A DNA stretch of 64,000 nt from an uncultured Methanobrevibacter sp. (GTDB taxonomy: Archaea; Methanobacteriota; Methanobacteria; Methanobacteriales; Methanobacteriaceae): the NCBI GenBank assembly GCA_900314605.1, contig OMVX01000004.1, forward strand, positions 8,226-72,225, given 5' to 3'. The position numbers and the translations under genes are program-made. Below the pieces are notes generated by a model. It saw only the letters and a list, made by a program, of their open reading frames with translations. It was not told where the DNA came from and ran no database searches. Of the stretch, positions 1 through 10,003 are shown piece after piece (the stretch's first letter is position 1; the number at the start of each line of letters is the position of its first letter).

Positions 1-321
1 AGTTATCACAGATAAATTTGAAAAAGTTTTAGAAGATTTAATAAAATAATAAGTTATTAAATATTTTCTATAAAATATTTTTTACCTTAATATTTTATTC
101 AAAATAATCTTTTTTTTATCTTATAATCTAATTAATCCTAAAGTATATAAAAGTGGAATTACTTAATTTATAATATTATTTTATAATATTTTTTATATTA
201 ATTATTAATTGTATAATATTTACATATAAATTATATAATTTTTATAAAATATTAAAATTTTAAAATTTTAAAATTTAAGAATTTTTTATTTAAACAATTT
301 TTAATTACAGGTGATTAATTT

Positions 322-1830
322 TTGAAAAATTATTTATTTTTAATTCTTCTTTGCTTTTTACTATTATGTTCTATATCTGTAATATCAGCAGAGAATAAAG
401 ATGATACAATCATTACAGATTCATTAAATCATGATGTTAATAGTATTAATATTGAAACAAGATCTATGAAATCTGATAATTCAATAATCCAATCAAATGA
501 AAATAATTCTAAAGATAGTAAAACAACTAATAATGAAAATCCTAATTTATCCAAAAATAAATATAAAATAAATGGTAATTCTTATAAAAAAACTATTTCA
601 AATAAAAAATCAACTATATCTTCTAAGTGTAAAAGCACATCAGTAAATAAAAAATCTTCTACATATACTTTTAAAGATCTATATAAGTTAATAAATTCTG
701 GAAATAAAACTTTAAAATTAACTAAAAATTGTATTTATAATCCAAAAACTGATTCAGATTTTAAAACTGGTGTACGTATAACTAAAAATATTATTATTGA
801 TGGTTGTGGCCATTATATTAGTGGACAAGGACTTGTTAAATGTATAAGAATATGTCCTAAGCTTAAGGTAACTATCAAAAATTTAAATATTTATAATGGT
901 TATGCTAAAAGTGATGGAGCAGGTATTTTTTTAGGTGTAAAATCATCACTTATTTTAAAAAATTGTAAATTACGTAATCATAAAGTTTATAATGCTAATG
1001 GTGCAGCTGTATACTGTTATAAAGGGTCATCATTTAAAGCAGTTAATTGTTTTTTTAAAAATAATACTTCTATTCGTGTAAGTAAAAAGCCATGGGAAAA
1101 ATTTAAAAGAGGTATGGGTAGTGTACTAAAATCAGCTATTGGTGCTGAAGTCCTTTTTTCACATTGTAATTTCACTAAAAATAAAGCATATATGAGTACA
1201 ATATTAGTTGTTAGCTATTCTGAAGGTTCTAGAAAAACAAGTAATTTACATATTAATAAATGTATTTTCGCTAATAATACTTCAACTAAATGTGGAGTAA
1301 TTTATAGTGATGAATTAGGTAAGGCATTTATTACAAATTCAGTTTTTAAAGAAAATTATAGTAAAAAACACTCAGGAGTTATAAGTTTAGATTCTTCTTT
1401 ATATGCTCTGGTTCAAAATTGTCTATTTCAAAGTAATCAGGGATATAATGGAGGAGCTATTACTGTAAGGGTATTTGACCCTAAATATAAATCTCATGTT
1501 AAAATTTTAAAATGTAAATTTCTTGATAATTTAGCTAAAACAGATGGTGGCGCTATTTGCTCTGTTTATGGTATTGTAATGGTTAAAAATTGTTATTTTT
1601 CTAAAAACCATGCTAAAAGATATGGTGGAGCTATCTATGCAAGAGATACTAAAATATCCACATATTTTTCCGAATTACTGGAAAATAAAGCTAAATCAGG
1701 AGGTGCATGCTATTTGTTAAGTAAGAAACCTTATTTTTCAAGATGTGCCTTTTATAAAAACAGTGCCGGTGAAAAAACTAAAAATGTTTATTCTAAATAT
1801 AAAGTCAAATATTATAAATGTAAGTTTTAG
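322..1830 (+). CDS. Adhesin-like secreted protein with parallel beta-helix (pectin lyase-like/PMP-type) repeats
   Basis: N-terminal signal peptide; Asn/Ser/Lys-rich linker; TFKDLYKLIN...TLKLTKN and IIIDGCGHYISG segments; repeated GGAI/GAGI and NCxFxxN motifs typical of Methanobrevibacter adhesin-like proteins; TTG start with AGGTGA RBS at 309-314. Confidence 0.75.
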   Translation: MKNYLFLILLCFLLLCSISVISAENKDDTIITDSLNHDVNSINIETRSMKSDNSIIQSNENNSKDSKTTNNENPNLSKNKYKINGNSYKKTISNKKSTISSKCKSTSVNKKSSTYTFKDLYKLINSGNKTLKLTKNCIYNPKTDSDFKTGVRITKNIIIDGCGHYISGQGLVKCIRICPKLKVTIKNLNIYNGYAKSDGAGIFLGVKSSLILKNCKLRNHKVYNANGAAVYCYKGSSFKAVNCFFKNNTSIRVSKKPWEKFKRGMGSVLKSAIGAEVLFSHCNFTKNKAYMSTILVVSYSEGSRKTSNLHINKCIFANNTSTKCGVIYSDELGKAFITNSVFKENYSKKHSGVISLDSSLYALVQNCLFQSNQGYNGGAITVRVFDPKYKSHVKILKCKFLDNLAKTDGGAICSVYGIVMVKNCYFSKNHAKRYGGAIYARDTKISTYFSELLENKAKSGGACYLLSKKPYFSRCAFYKNSAGEKTKNVYSKYKVKYYKCKF

Positions 1831-1978
1831 ATAAACATTCATTTTTTCTTTTTTCTTTTTTTTAATTTAATTTTAATTAATCTTATTTTACTTTCCTTAT
1901 TTTTATCAGTGAAAATAAAAAAATATTTTATTTATCTAGAATATATTATATTTAATAATATTTTGTGAGGATATTTAA

Positions 1979-2257
1979 ATGAATACAACACATATTGATG
2001 GAGAAAATAAAGGATCTATTTTATTATTTGCATTAAGTACTTGCGGATGGTGTAAGAAAGTTAAAGATTTACTAGATGAATTAAATGTGGAATATGATTA
2101 TGTTTATGCTGATTTAACTCAAGGGGAAGAAAGAGATATAATAGTTTCACAATTAAAAAATTATAATAGTAAAATCTCATTTCCAACATTAATTATTAAT
2201 GAAACTAATGTTATAGTAGGTTATAATCCTGATGAGATTAAAGAATTATTGATTTAA
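1979..2257 (+). CDS. Glutaredoxin/NrdH-like redoxin (methanoredoxin-like)
   Basis: 92 aa, CGWC active site, cis-Pro motif SFPTLII, VIVGYN. Confidence 0.85.
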   Translation: MNTTHIDGENKGSILLFALSTCGWCKKVKDLLDELNVEYDYVYADLTQGEERDIIVSQLKNYNSKISFPTLIINETNVIVGYNPDEIKELLI

Positions 2258-2279
2258 TGTTTAATTTAAGGAAGATAAA

Positions 2280-2753
2280 ATGGGAAAACTATACGAAAAT
2301 TTTAAAAAAGAAGCTGAAAGTACAGGATATTTTATTAATCCAGATATTGACTTTGTAGAATTTTTACTTTCAAATATTCAAACTAATATAGATAGATATG
2401 GATATGGGGCATGTCCATGCAGATTAGCTAGTGGCATAAAAGAAGAAGATTTAGATTTAATTTGTCCATGTGATTATAGGGATAAAGATTTAAATGATTA
2501 TGGTACATGTTATTGTGCATTATATGTTAGTAAAGATATTTCCGATGGAAAAAAAGAAATAACTCCAATTCCAGACAGAAGATTAGATGAAATAAATATT
2601 CAAGATAATAAATCTTGTGAAAGCTCTTTAAGTGAATTAAAATATCCTGTTTACAGGTGTAAAATCTGCGGATATTTATGTGCACGGGAAAATCCTCCAG
2701 AGATTTGTCCTATATGTAAAGCAGAAAAAGATCGTTTTGAAAGATTTTTATAA
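2280..2753 (+). CDS. Ferredoxin:disulfide reductase (FTR catalytic-subunit-like domain fused to C-terminal rubredoxin)
   Basis: CPC, CPC and CYC motifs of the ferredoxin:thioredoxin reductase beta chain, followed by rubredoxin CKICGY...CPIC. Confidence 0.85.
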   Translation: MGKLYENFKKEAESTGYFINPDIDFVEFLLSNIQTNIDRYGYGACPCRLASGIKEEDLDLICPCDYRDKDLNDYGTCYCALYVSKDISDGKKEITPIPDRRLDEINIQDNKSCESSLSELKYPVYRCKICGYLCARENPPEICPICKAEKDRFERFL

Positions 2754-2919
2754 ATGGATTATTAATTTAATATTATATAAAAATTTTAAAATATATTGGT
2801 TATTATGATTCATTTAATAATTTTTAAAAAATATGTTAATTTTTATAAAACCTCTTATTTTTTATAAAAACAATGTTTTTTACAAAACCTTTATAAATGA
2901 TACTAAATAAATTTTAATT

Positions 2920-3050
2920 ATCGTTGGTTTATACCATTTTAATATAATTTTAATTATATGTTTAATATTTTTATTAATCAACGATTACTTTTTTTGGGAT
3001 TTTATCCCTGGATGTGGCGTAAAGCTGAACAAAAAAAGGTGTTATTTATG
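2920..3050 (+). ncRNA. Candidate structured 5' leader of rpl15e (eL15-Euryarchaeota-like r-leader)
   Basis: TATA TTTATAAA at 2890-2897; ATCGTTG (2920-2926) complementary to CAACGAT (2979-2985); GGGAT/ATCCC stem (2996-3008); GC-rich GGATGTGGCGTAAAGCTGAAC just before the RBS; leaders upstream of euryarchaeal eL15 genes are known. Confidence 0.5.
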
Positions 3051-3602
3051 ATGTATAAATATATAAGAGATGCTTGGAAGAATCCAGATGAGTCTTATGT
3101 AAGAGAACTCATGTGGCAAAGAGCTCCTAAATGGAGAAGACAACCAGTTATAACTAGAATTGACAGGCCTACTAGATTAGACCGAGCACGATCTTTAGGT
3201 TATAAAGCTAAAAAAGGATATGTTGTAGTCAGAACCAGAGTAAGACGTGGTTCTAGAAGAAAATCTCGATTTACTTCAGGTCGTAAACCTTCTAAAATGG
3301 GAGTTAACAAAATTACAGCAGCAAAATCTATCCAAAGAATAGCTGAAGAACGTGTTTCTAAAAAATACCCTAATATGGAAGTATTAAACTCTTACTGGGT
3401 ATGGGCTGATGGTAAATTCAAATACTATGAAGTTATTTTAGTAGACCCACAAAGTCCTTCAATTAAAAATGACCCTAAAATCAACTGGATTTGTAGTGGA
3501 AAACACAAAGACAGAGCTGGTAGAGGTTTAACTAGTGCTGGTAAAAAAGGTCGTGGACTTCGATTTAGAGGAAAAGGATCTGAACAAGCAAGAAGAAGAT
3601 AA
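3051..3602 (+). CDS. rpl15e: 50S ribosomal protein L15e
   Basis: [10 protein letters not shown]...[16 protein letters not shown]...EVLNSYWV...[11 protein letters not shown]-type motifs; start reassigned from 2958 to 3051 (or 3048) using AGGTG RBS at about 3038-3041. Confidence 0.97.
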   Translation: MYKYIRDAWKNPDESYVRELMWQRAPKWRRQPVITRIDRPTRLDRARSLGYKAKKGYVVVRTRVRRGSRRKSRFTSGRKPSKMGVNKITAAKSIQRIAEERVSKKYPNMEVLNSYWVWADGKFKYYEVILVDPQSPSIKNDPKINWICSGKHKDRAGRGLTSAGKKGRGLRFRGKGSEQARRR

Positions 3603-3858
3603 TTCTTCTTTTATTTATTTTATAAAATTAGAATTTTTTTCTAATAAAATATTTATGTATAGAAATTTTATAATTAAATTTCTTTCATAAATTTATTTTT
3701 ATATCTTTTTAACTATTTTTATTAAATATACAATACTTTTATTTTTATATTTTTACTTAGATTATATTTAAATTCTAATAATAAGTAAAAGCTTTATTAT
3801 ACAATTATAAAATTATTCAATTTTAATAATATTAATAATATAAATGCCAATGATTAAT

Positions 3859-4302
3859 ATGATTCATAATATTAAATATAGACTATTTGTTTATAATGAT
3901 GAAGATGAAGATAAACTTCTTGAAGGATTAAATTATATTTTTCCAGATATCCTTCCCGAAAAAGAAGAAGCTCAAGGAATATTTGGAGAAGATGATGAAA
4001 TTATTATTTATTCAGGTATAATAACTAAAAAAAGACATACAAAAGAATTCTTAAATAATTTATTAGAAAATTTATCAACTGATGACATAAAAAAATTATA
4101 TAATGATTTAGATAAAAAAACCGATGAACAGTGTAACTTATTTTTACGATTATCTAAAGAAGCTATACAAGATGAAAAATTTATAATTCTTGATGGTGGA
4201 GACAGTATTCACTTAAAGATTAAAATTGCTGCTTTCCCTGCAAAAAAAGAAATTGCTATAAAAAATATGAAAGAATTCTTATATGACTATATTAATAATT
4301 AA
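3859..4302 (+). CDS. UPF0201/DUF54 family RNA-binding protein
   Basis: MIHNIKYRLFV...EDEDK...FLRLSK...GDSIHLKIKIAAFPAKKE; conserved position between rpl15e and rnp3; start likely 3859 (ORF track 3844). Confidence 0.8.
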   Translation: MIHNIKYRLFVYNDEDEDKLLEGLNYIFPDILPEKEEAQGIFGEDDEIIIYSGIITKKRHTKEFLNNLLENLSTDDIKKLYNDLDKKTDEQCNLFLRLSKEAIQDEKFIILDGGDSIHLKIKIAAFPAKKEIAIKNMKEFLYDYINN

Positions 4303-4487
4303 TTACTTTTGAATTATTTTTATAATACTTAAAATAAACTTATTATTAAAAAGTATATATTAAGTTATATACTATTTTTTATAGTATTTTATAATCAATT
4401 ATTATTTACAAAATTTTTAATTAGATTTAAAAACCATTATATTCTATAAATTTATTTTATAATGATTCTAAAATTAAAGGTTATTAT

Positions 4488-5228
4488 ATGATATATTATG
4501 ATTTAAATCTTAAGGGTTCAAATTATCAAAATGATTACAATTTAATTAAACAGGCTAATGAGTTTGGATGGAATTACCTTAATTTATTATATTCTCCTAA
4601 TGATTATGTTAATGCCATTGAATATAAGGATAAATTAATTAATGATTTACAATCATTGGATTTAAAAAATACTACTGAAATTGGTATGGGAATTTATATT
4701 ACAGATTCTAATCCTAATGAAATTAGAAAAATTGTTACTAAATATAGAAATAAAGTAGATTTTATTTCTGTTTTAGGTGGAAAAAATGAAGTAAATAGGT
4801 CTGTTTTAGAAAATCGTCAAATTGATGTTTTATCAAGACCTTATTATAGAAGAAAAGATTCAGGGATTAATCATGTTCTGGCTAAAGAAGCATTAAAAAA
4901 TCAAGTTGCAATTGAATTATCCTTTAAGGATGTTTTAACTAATTTCTTATCTTACAGAGCAAAAATTTTATCACATTTCAGAGATATTATTTTACTTTAC
5001 AGAAAATTTAAATTTCCCCTTATTATAAGCACATCAAGTGAAAATATTTTTGATATTAGATCTCCTAGAGACATAAGCTCTTTTTTTAAAATTTTAGGAT
5101 TAACTGATACGGAATTAGAGGAATCTTTTAATACTACTCCTAAAAAAATCATAGAATTTAATAAACATAGGGATGAATATATTTTTGAAGGTGTTAAAAT
5201 CGTAAAAAAAGGTAAAGGTGGTTTATAA
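4488..5228 (+). CDS. rnp3: Ribonuclease P protein component 3 (Rpp30)
   Basis: PHP-like TIM barrel, VDFISVLGG...NR..LE...IDVLSRP, GINHVLAK, SPRD motif; superoperon context. Confidence 0.92.
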   Translation: MIYYDLNLKGSNYQNDYNLIKQANEFGWNYLNLLYSPNDYVNAIEYKDKLINDLQSLDLKNTTEIGMGIYITDSNPNEIRKIVTKYRNKVDFISVLGGKNEVNRSVLENRQIDVLSRPYYRRKDSGINHVLAKEALKNQVAIELSFKDVLTNFLSYRAKILSHFRDIILLYRKFKFPLIISTSSENIFDIRSPRDISSFFKILGLTDTELEESFNTTPKKIIEFNKHRDEYIFEGVKIVKKGKGGL

Positions 5229-5593
5229 TGAAAATGAAAGTATTACCACCAACTCTTAGGAAAAATAATAGATATCTTACTTTAGATATTAAATCAAAAG
5301 AACCTTTTTCAAAGGATGATATAGTTTTAGTTGTATGGGATGCTTGTATAAGGTTATTCGGTGAAATGGAAACTAGTAATTTTAACCTTTGGGTTATGAG
5401 AACTTATCAATTAGATGATAGAGAAGATTGTTTCCATATGAAAACTATTTTAAGATGTCAAAGGTCTTTTGAAGATAAAGTTAGAAGTGCCCTTTGTTGT
5501 ATAACAAAGTTTAACGGTAAACCAATAACGATTGCTACTATAGGTTTATCTGGAACTATATCTTCTTCAATAGATAATTTTATAAAAGAATAA
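5228..5593 (+). CDS. rnp2: Ribonuclease P protein component 2 (Pop5)
   Basis: MKVLPPTLRKNNRYL N-terminus, LFGE, GLSGTI; overlaps rnp3 stop. Confidence 0.93.
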   Translation: MKMKVLPPTLRKNNRYLTLDIKSKEPFSKDDIVLVVWDACIRLFGEMETSNFNLWVMRTYQLDDREDCFHMKTILRCQRSFEDKVRSALCCITKFNGKPITIATIGLSGTISSSIDNFIKE

Positions 5594-5644
5594 GCTTTTT
5601 TATTTTATTATTTTTTTTCAATTTTTTTAAGAAAGATGCTAATA

Positions 5645-5738
5645 TTTATATATTAAATTAATCTTATAACTATATAACAATAGTTATAATTATTATTAAT
5701 TGTCTACAAAATAGTTAAATATAAAAAAAATAACTATT
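5645..5738 (+). promoter_or_regulatory. Promoter with two inverted repeats (candidate operators) of the metY-iscS-iscU operon
   Basis: TTTATATA at 5645-5652; perfect 10-bp IR TTATAACTAT-N6-ATAGTTATAA at 5664-5689; second IR AATAGTTA-N13-TAACTATT at 5710-5738. Confidence 0.5.
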
Positions 5739-5825
5739 GATATATTGTATATTAAAATTTTTATAATTAAAAGAATATAAATTTTAAAAACTAAATTTTA
5801 TTTTAAATAATTAAGGTGATTATTA

Positions 5826-7124
5826 ATGAATAATAATAAAGATTACAAATTAGCAACATTAGGTGTAAGAGCAGGTCAAAATCCAGATCCTACTACTGGA
5901 GCTCAAGCAGTTCCGATATATCAGACTACTTCATATATATTTAAGGATTCTGATGAAGCAGCACGACGTTTTGCACTTGAAGAATTTGGACAAATTTATT
6001 CTAGATTAACAAACCCAACTAACGATGTTTTCGAAGCTAGAATTGCTGCTATTGAAGGAGGAAATTCAGGAATTTCAACAGCATCTGGTCTTGCTGCAAT
6101 TTCATATGCAATTTTAAATATAACTGAACCTGGAGATAATATTGTCTCTGCAGATAACCTTTATGGAGGAACTTATCAGTTATTTAATTACACATTTAAA
6201 GATTTAGCAAGAGAAGTAAAATTTGTTAATTCTCAGGATGTAGAGGCCTTTGAGGATGCTATAGATGATAAAACAAAAGCTATTTATTTAGAATCTATTG
6301 GTAACCCAAAATTAGATGTACCAGATTTCGAAGCTATATCTAAAATTGCACATAGTCATGATATTCCTTTAATAGTAGATAATACGGTTGGTGTAGGATT
6401 AGTAAGACCATTAGAACATGGAGCTGATGTTATAGCAGCATCTGCTACAAAATATGTGGGAGGTCATGGTACTGCTGTTGGAGGATATATTGTAGATTCA
6501 GGTAAATTCAATTGGGGTAATGGTAAATTTAATAATTTTACAGAAGCTGACCCAAGTTATCATGGATTAGTATTTTGGGACAGTTTTGGTAATGTACCTG
6601 AACTTGGAAATATTGCATTTACAGTTAGAATTAGAGCTAGATTACTTAGAGATTTAGGAGCTGCACTTGCACCTGTTCATGGTTTTATTTTCTTACAAGG
6701 CCTTGAAAGTTTAGAAATTCGTGTAAAACAACATTCTGAAAATGCTCTTAAAATTGCTAAATTTTTAGAAAGTCATCCAAAAGTTAAATGGGTAAATTAT
6801 CCTGGTTTAGAATCCCATCCATCTTATAAAAATAATAAAAAATATTTAAAAGAACATTTTGCTGGTCTTTTAGGTTTTGGTGTCGATGGTGGAGAGGATG
6901 CAGGTAGAAAAGTAATTGAAAATTTAGAATTGTTTTCTCATCTTGCAAATATTGGAGATGCAAAGAGTTTAGCAATTCACCCTGCAAGTACTACCCATCA
7001 ACAATTAACCCCTGAGGAACAAGCTGCAACTGGAGTTACCCCTGACTTTATTAGACTTTCAATAGGTCTTGAAGATGCAGATGATTTAATTGATGATTTA
7101 AAACAAGCTTTAAATAAAATATAA
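5826..7124 (+). CDS. metY: O-acetylhomoserine aminocarboxypropyltransferase / cysteine synthase family PLP enzyme
   Basis: AVPIYQTTSY, IYSRLTNPT, ASGLAAI, SATKYVGGHG (PLP Lys), HLANIGDAKSL, HPASTTHQQL. Confidence 0.93.
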   Translation: MNNNKDYKLATLGVRAGQNPDPTTGAQAVPIYQTTSYIFKDSDEAARRFALEEFGQIYSRLTNPTNDVFEARIAAIEGGNSGISTASGLAAISYAILNITEPGDNIVSADNLYGGTYQLFNYTFKDLAREVKFVNSQDVEAFEDAIDDKTKAIYLESIGNPKLDVPDFEAISKIAHSHDIPLIVDNTVGVGLVRPLEHGADVIAASATKYVGGHGTAVGGYIVDSGKFNWGNGKFNNFTEADPSYHGLVFWDSFGNVPELGNIAFTVRIRARLLRDLGAALAPVHGFIFLQGLESLEIRVKQHSENALKIAKFLESHPKVKWVNYPGLESHPSYKNNKKYLKEHFAGLLGFGVDGGEDAGRKVIENLELFSHLANIGDAKSLAIHPASTTHQQLTPEEQAATGVTPDFIRLSIGLEDADDLIDDLKQALNKI

Positions 7125-7162
7125 TACTAAAAAAATAAATTTCTATAAAATATTTAATAAAT

Positions 7163-8386
7163 ATGGAGAGTAATAATATGTATTTAGATAATTCAGCAAC
7201 GACTCAAGTAAGTGAGGAAGTTTTAAATGAAATGAAACCATACTTTAGAAAGGAGTTTGGAAACCCATCTACACTTTATAGTATTGGTCGTTCATCTAAG
7301 AATGCTTTAGATCAATCTCGTCAAAAAGTGGCAGATGCTATTAATGCAAATCCCGATGAAATTATTTTTACAAGTGGTGGTTCTGAATCTGATAATTTGG
7401 CTATTAAAGGATTGGCCTTTAAATTACGTAAAAAAGGTAATCATATTATTACTTCTAATATTGAACATCCTGCTGTTAAAAATACTTTAAAATTTTTAGA
7501 AAATCTTGATTATAACGTAAGTTATTTACCTGTAGATGAAAATGGTATAATAAAAATAGAAGATTTAAAGAATGCTATTACTGATGATACAATTTTAATC
7601 ACTATAATGCATGCAAATAATGAGATTGGTACAATACAGCCAATTGAAGAGATTGGAAAAATTGCCCGAGAGAATAATATTATTTTCCACACTGATGCAG
7701 TTCAATCTTTTGGTAAAATTGATGTTGATGTAGAAAAATTAAATGTTGATTTATTATCATTATCTTCACATAAAATTAATGGTCCTAAAGGTGTAGGTGC
7801 ATTATATATTAAGAAAGGAATAAGACTTGAACCTCTTATTCATGGTGGAGGTCAGGAAAAAGGTATTAGGTCAGGTACTGAAAATGTTCCTGGAATAGTA
7901 GGATTTGCTAAAGCATGTGAAATTGTAAGTAAAAACTTGGATAAAAACTATAAAAAATTATCTTCTATTAGAGATGAATTAATAGATAAAGTTTTAAGTA
8001 CTATTCCTGAATCTTATTTAAATGGTGATAGAAACAGAAGACTTCCGAATGTAGTCAACTTTAGATTTAAAGCAATTGAAGGAGAATCATTAATCTTACT
8101 TTTAGATGCTAAAGGTTATCAGGCTTCAACAGGTTCAGCATGTTCATCAAATACTTTGGAAGCATCACCTGTATTAACTGCTTTAGGTCTTGATCCTGTT
8201 GATGTTCATGGGTCTTTAAGAATTTCCCTTTCACCGGAAAGTGAAGAGTTTAATATTGATGAGTTTGTAGAAATTATTTCAGATGTAGTATCTAGATTAA
8301 GAGAAATGTCCCCTTTATGGAATGAAGATACTGATTATGAAGGTATAATGTGTAGTCAACATAGTGATGGATGTAGGAGATGTTAA
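7163..8386 (+). CDS. iscS: Cysteine desulfurase (IscS/NifS)
   Basis: YLDNSATT, FTSGGSESDN, HTDAVQ, SSHKINGPKGVG, RSGTEN, STGSACSS catalytic Cys loop. Confidence 0.95.
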   Translation: MESNNMYLDNSATTQVSEEVLNEMKPYFRKEFGNPSTLYSIGRSSKNALDQSRQKVADAINANPDEIIFTSGGSESDNLAIKGLAFKLRKKGNHIITSNIEHPAVKNTLKFLENLDYNVSYLPVDENGIIKIEDLKNAITDDTILITIMHANNEIGTIQPIEEIGKIARENNIIFHTDAVQSFGKIDVDVEKLNVDLLSLSSHKINGPKGVGALYIKKGIRLEPLIHGGGQEKGIRSGTENVPGIVGFAKACEIVSKNLDKNYKKLSSIRDELIDKVLSTIPESYLNGDRNRRLPNVVNFRFKAIEGESLILLLDAKGYQASTGSACSSNTLEASPVLTALGLDPVDVHGSLRISLSPESEEFNIDEFVEIISDVVSRLREMSPLWNEDTDYEGIMCSQHSDGCRRC

Positions 8387-8387
8387 T

Positions 8388-8759
8388 ATGGATTATTCAG
8401 AAAAGGTAATGGATCACTTTGCAAACCCACGTAACTGTAGGAAAATAGAGGATGCAGATGGTGTAGGTACAGTTGGTAACCCTACATGTGGAGACTTAAT
8501 GACAATTTATATTAAAGTAGATGATGATAAGATTACTGATATTAGTTTTCAGACATTTGGTTGTGGTGCAGCTATTGCAACAAGTAGTATGATTACAGAA
8601 ATAGCAGTTGGAAAAACAATAGATGAGGCTTTAAATATTACTCGTAATGATGTTGCAAATGAATTAGATGGTCTACCGCCTATTAAGATGCATTGTTCTA
8701 ATCTTGCAGCAGATGGTCTTCGAGCTGCTATTGAAGATTATCAAAATAAGAATCATTAA
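8388..8759 (+). CDS. iscU: Fe-S cluster assembly scaffold IscU/NifU
   Basis: YSEKVMDHFANPRN, GNPTCGD, FGCGAAIA, KMHCSNLA; start reassigned to 8388 (AGGAG RBS upstream). Confidence 0.95.
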   Translation: MDYSEKVMDHFANPRNCRKIEDADGVGTVGNPTCGDLMTIYIKVDDDKITDISFQTFGCGAAIATSSMITEIAVGKTIDEALNITRNDVANELDGLPPIKMHCSNLAADGLRAAIEDYQNKNH

Positions 8760-9196
8760 TATAATCTAATATTTTAAATTACTTTTTTTATTTTTTTATT
8801 CTTTTTTAAATATTTTATTTTAATTTAAAATATTAAATTCAATTTATTTATTTATTTTTTTAATTTAAACAAATTTTTATTTATTTTATTATTAGCATAT
8901 TTATTTAATTATTTAAAACTTTAGATTAATTTTTATAATTTATTAATTAGTTTATATTTTAATTTAAAATTTAATAATAAAATTTTTTTATAGAATTTAA
9001 TTTTTTATTTAAAAAAAATAGTTAAGTATATAAATTAAATTATTTAATATTAAATTGATAGCTAAATAAAATTATTATTCAAATCATGGAGATTTGATTT
9101 TTGTTTTTATAATTAATATAATTTTTCTAAAAATTTTTTTTTAAATAAATTTATATAAAAATTATTTTTTTGATAATAAAAGAGAGGTAAATTAAT

Positions 9197-9979
9197 ATGC
9201 AACCTTTACAAAATGCTGGTTATGATAGGGCAATTACTGTATTTAGCCCAGATGGAAGACTTTTCCAAGTTGAATATGCAAGAGAAGCTGTTAAAAGAGG
9301 TACTACTTCTTTAGGTATTAAATCAAAAGATGGTATCGTATTAGTTGTTGATAAAAGATCTACAAGTCGTTTAGTAGAACCTAAATCTATTGAAAAAATT
9401 TTCCAAATAGATGAACATATAGGTGCAGCTTCTTCAGGATTAGTAGCAGATGCTCGTGCTTTAGTTGACAGGGCTAGAGTAGAATCTCAAATTAATAAAA
9501 TTACTTATTCCGAACCAATACAAGTAGAATCTTTAGTTAAAAAAATTTGTGATATGAAACAGATGTATACTCAAAATGGTGGAGTAAGACCTTTTGGTTC
9601 TGCACTTATTATTGCAGGAATTAATAAAGGAGAGGCTCATTTATTTGAAACTGACCCTAGTGGTGCTTTAATAGAATATAAAGCTACTGCTATTGGTGCT
9701 GGAAGAAATGAAGCTATGGAAGTATTTGAAGAAAAATATGATGATGATTTATCCTTAGATGATGCTATTGATTTAGCTTTAGATGCAGTTTTTGAAGCAA
9801 CTGAAGGTAAAACATCAAAAGATAGTGTAGAAATTGCAGTCATAGAAAAATCAACTGGTCAATATAAAAAACTTACAGATGATGAAGTAAATACTTTTGT
9901 TGAATCTCTTTTAAAACGTAATAAAGATAAAGAAAATGAAGATGAAGATTCAGATGATGAATCTGACAAAAAAGAATAA
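9197..9979 (+). CDS. psmA: Proteasome subunit alpha
   Basis: [28 protein letters not shown] signature; acidic C-terminal tail. Confidence 0.97.
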   Translation: MQPLQNAGYDRAITVFSPDGRLFQVEYAREAVKRGTTSLGIKSKDGIVLVVDKRSTSRLVEPKSIEKIFQIDEHIGAASSGLVADARALVDRARVESQINKITYSEPIQVESLVKKICDMKQMYTQNGGVRPFGSALIIAGINKGEAHLFETDPSGALIEYKATAIGAGRNEAMEVFEEKYDDDLSLDDAIDLALDAVFEATEGKTSKDSVEIAVIEKSTGQYKKLTDDEVNTFVESLLKRNKDKENEDEDSDDESDKKE

Positions 9980-10003
9980 TAATACTTTACTTGGAGTCTT
10001 AAT

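Noticed and set aside
2958-3047. N-terminal extension of L15e in the ORF track
   Set aside because: The RBS position and family N-terminus (MYKYI) place the start at 3048/3051; the upstream part is better explained as leader RNA.
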